From: Scyliorhinus canicula
Taxonomy: Eukaryota
Direction: 5' to 3'
Length of the DNA: 64,000 bases
Assembly: GCF_902713615.1 (NCBI RefSeq)
Contig: NC_052157.1
Location: 61,530,146 to 61,594,145 of the forward strand
Shown: positions 60,931 through 64,000 of the stretch, piece by piece
Position numbering within the stretch: position 1 is the first letter of the stretch
Layout of the letters: the number at the start of each line of letters is the position of its first letter
Notes under the pieces: generated by a model
What the model saw: the letters and a program-made list of their open reading frames with translations, nothing else
Databases searched by the model: none
Told to the model about the DNA's origin: nothing
Program-made: the position numbers and the translations under genes

Positions 60931-61071
60931 AGCAGAACTTCAAATATCACACCCTCTCTCTTGCTGCTCAGACACAGTGTTATAATAAGCTGTGTTTAAT
61001 ATGGAAACTTCGCAGTTTGTGTTATTTCCCGTTGAGTGTGAATTGTCGAGTAATTATAACACAGCACTTAC

Positions 61072-61438
61072 CAAAATCGTGATGGTGGGTTATAGCATCG
61101 TAGTTGTAGCTATTGTAGCTATTCTTGGCAAATTCTACTCTGAAATAAAAAGGTCCTGCATCATCCCGTATGATGTTGTTTGTAATCAGGGAAAGTTGCC
61201 ATCGTTCAGGGCTCCAGACAGCCGGGTCCGATGACAGAACTGTGGCAACTCGTGTTTGTGATCCTTGGCGTAAAAGGCTCTGGACCATGTTCCACAAAAG
61301 ACCCAGACCTCACCTTTAAACTGATTCCACCAAATGTGATGGATATCTGTAATGTTATGGGATCTGTACACGCGAACCTTCCTGTGCTGTCACCTCTCGT
61401 GGAGTGTCACATTTCCATCCACTCTTGTGACCGTCGAA
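61072..61438 (-). pseudogene. Siglec-like V-set pseudo-exon (copy 3)
   Basis: 367 bp (not a multiple of 3). The B-strand Cys position reads TAA (QIP*). DAGPFYFRVEF is retained. Flanks homologous to copies 1 and 2. Confidence 0.88.
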
Positions 61439-62039
61439 CTGGGGAGAGAAATATCAATATTTAACACTGGATAGTTTGTAGATCAAGCAGTCTCAATATC
61501 AACTCCCACATCACTGGTGCACAGTGCCTGCAATGTAGACCATCTACAGGACACACAAGGACTCCCCAAGGTTTTACAACAGATGGACGAGAATCCTGGA
61601 CACAGGAGTGGACAAGTTCATTGTACATCGAGTCATGTCCTCAGGCCCCTGTTTAGTGAATCTGGTTCTTGTGCTGTGTAAAATGTCGATTGCCTTAAAC
61701 CTATTATTTAAAAATCTTTATATCAGTTGTCCCATGACTCTGGCAAGCCAATGTGAGCAAAGCTATTTCTCCAAACGACACCTTGCAATGAACTCCAGCA
61801 GAAACTATGAAGCACACGAGCAAAGCACTTCTAGCCTGAGCTCCTGTATCCACTGGCTACTTTGTCTTCCTTCTCACTTTCAGTTATCTTGCCTCTTTAT
61901 CAAAGTTTTTAGCATGGTGAGAATGGACAGGAAGTGTTACACTGAACAGTCCATCTATTCTGGAGTGGCTGTTTTGTCTTCATGGGGAATTCAACAAAAG
62001 ACACAAATTTCAGCCCATCAATATCAGAGTCCTAACATT

Positions 62040-63830
62040 GAACATAGAACAGTACAGGCCCCTCAGCCCACGATGTTGTGCCGACCATTTATCCTAATCT
62101 AAGATCAACCTAACCTACACCCCTTCAATTTACTGCTGCCCATGTGCCTGTCTCAGAGTCGCTTAAATGTCCCTAATGACTCTGACTCCACCACCTCTGC
62201 TGGCAATGCATTCCACACACCCACCACTCTCTGTGTAAAGAACCGACCTTTGACATCTCCCCTATATCTTCCTCCAATCACCTTAAAATTATGTCCCCTC
62301 GTGACAGCCATTTCCGCGCTGGGGAAAAGTCTCTGGCTATCCACTTTACCCATGCCTCTCATCACCTTGTACACCTCTATCAAGTCACCTCTCTGCCTTC
62401 TCGCTCCAGTGAGAAAAGCCCGAGCTCCCTCAACCTTTCTTCATATGACATGCCCTCCAGTCCAGGCAGCATCCTGGTAAATCTCCTCTGTACCCTCTCC
62501 ATAGCGTCCACATCCTTCCTATAATGAGACGACCAGAACTGGACACAATATTCCAAGTGTGGTCTAACCAGAGTTTTATAAAGCTGCAGCAAAACCTCGC
62601 GGCTCTTCAACTCAATCCCCATGTTAATCAAAGCCAACACACCATACGCCTTCTTGACAACCCTATCAACCTGGGTGGCAACTTTGAGGGATCTATGTAC
62701 GTGGACCCCAAGATCGCTCTGTTCCTCCACACTTCCAAGAATCCTGCCTTTAACCCTGTATTCAGCATTCAAATTCGACCTTCCAGAATGAATCACTTTA
62801 CATATATCAAGGTTGAACTCCATCTACCATTTCTCAGCCCAGCTCTGCATCCTGTCAATGTCCTGCTGTAAACTGCAACAACCCTCAACACTATCTGCAA
62901 CTCCCCCAACCTTCGTGTCATCGGCAGACTTACTAACCCACCCTTCCACTTCCTCATCCAAGTCATTTATAAAAACCACAAAGAGCAGAGGTCGCAGAAC
63001 AGATCCTTGCGGGACACCACTGGTCACCGACTTCCTGGCAGAATACTTTCCATCCACTACCACTCGCTGTCTTCTTTCAGCCAGCCAATTCTGTATCCAG
63101 ACAGCCAAATTGCCCTGTATCCCATGCCCCCTAACTTTCTGAATGAGCCTACCATGGGGAAACTTATCAAATGCCTTACTAAAATCCATATACACCACAT
63201 CCAATGCCCGACCTACATCAATGTGTCTCATCACATCCTCAAATAATTCAATGAGGCTTGGGAGGTATGACCTGCCCCTCACAAAGCCATGCTGACTATC
63301 TTTAATCAAACTATGTTTTTCTAATTAATCATGAATCTTATCTCTCAGAATCCTTTCCAATATTTTGCTCACCACAGACGTAAGACTCATGGGTCTGTAA
63401 TTCCCAGGGATTTCCCTACTCCCTTTCTTGAACAGGGGAACAACATTAGCCTCCCTCCAATCATCCGGTACTACTCCAGTGGAGAGTGAGGACGCAAAGA
63501 TCATCGCCAACAGCGCAGCAATCTCCTCCCTCACTTCCCGTAGTAACCTTGGGTATATCCCGCCAGGCCCAGGGGCTTATCTATCCTGATGCTTTTCAAA
63601 ATTTCCAGAACATCCTCCTTCTTAATATCAACCTGTTCAAGTCTATTAACCTGGTTCACGCTGTTCTCATGGGCAACAAGGTCCCTCTCTCTCGTGAATA
63701 TTTAAGCAAGGTATTCATTTAGAGCCTCCCCCATCTCCTCAGACTCTAGGCACAAATGTCCTCCACTATCCCTGATCGGCCCCCCTCTCACTCTGATCAT
63801 CCTCTTATTTCTCATATAAGTGTCGAATTT
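62040..63830 (-). mobile_element. CR1 (HER1-like) LINE 3' portion, frameshifted
   Basis: MDFSKAFDK, VPQGSVLRP, SADD, LYKTLVRPHLEYCVQFWS across ORFs 62153-63534; 3' tail at about 62040. Confidence 0.92.
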
Positions 63831-64000
63831 ATTCCCAGTTTTTACCGCTCCTTCTCCAGTCAACACATCATCCCACTGTCACACTCTGACCTACATTGAC
63901 TCCCATTCTGGCACAACCTTGATTTAAGATTCTCGTCCTCGATTTCCTATCCCTCTCCAATTCTTATCTCTGCAACTTCGTTCAGTTTTGCAATCCATCA

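Overview
Vertebrate genomic DNA. The V-SINE/HE1-type SINEs, CR1, L2, L1/Tx1, Rex1, Penelope and Harbinger families point to a cartilaginous fish, probably a shark (inference). Nearly all of the window is nested transposable elements laid over a minus-strand Siglec/CD33/MAG-like Ig-lectin gene cluster. That cluster shows one intact V-set exon (17830-18186) with a probable leader exon 19 kb upstream (37191-37271), and two pseudogenised V exons (52779-53123, 61072-61438). Main candidates for novelty: (1) an old Gypsy LTR element (21080-32328, paired LTRs, CCGCC target-site duplication, tRNA-Leu PBS) that lacks RT/RNaseH/integrase and instead carries a divergent, intronless NAP1 histone-chaperone domain running into an acidic/basic tail; (2) a defective retrovirus-like element (1 to about 7410) with an LPQG/YVDD RT, tether plus RNase H, gag-pol in one frame separated by TGA-CGG, no env, and a 118-aa signal-peptide/TM ORF where env would be; (3) an intact 3.6-kb hAT transposon with perfect TIRs, 8-bp TSD and an 853-aa open transposase. 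Also present: a 5-kb palindromic satellite with higher-order repeats, a CTCF-motif cluster in LTRs, and a Penelope hammerhead ribozyme remnant. All assignments are by eye from motifs; no database searches were run.
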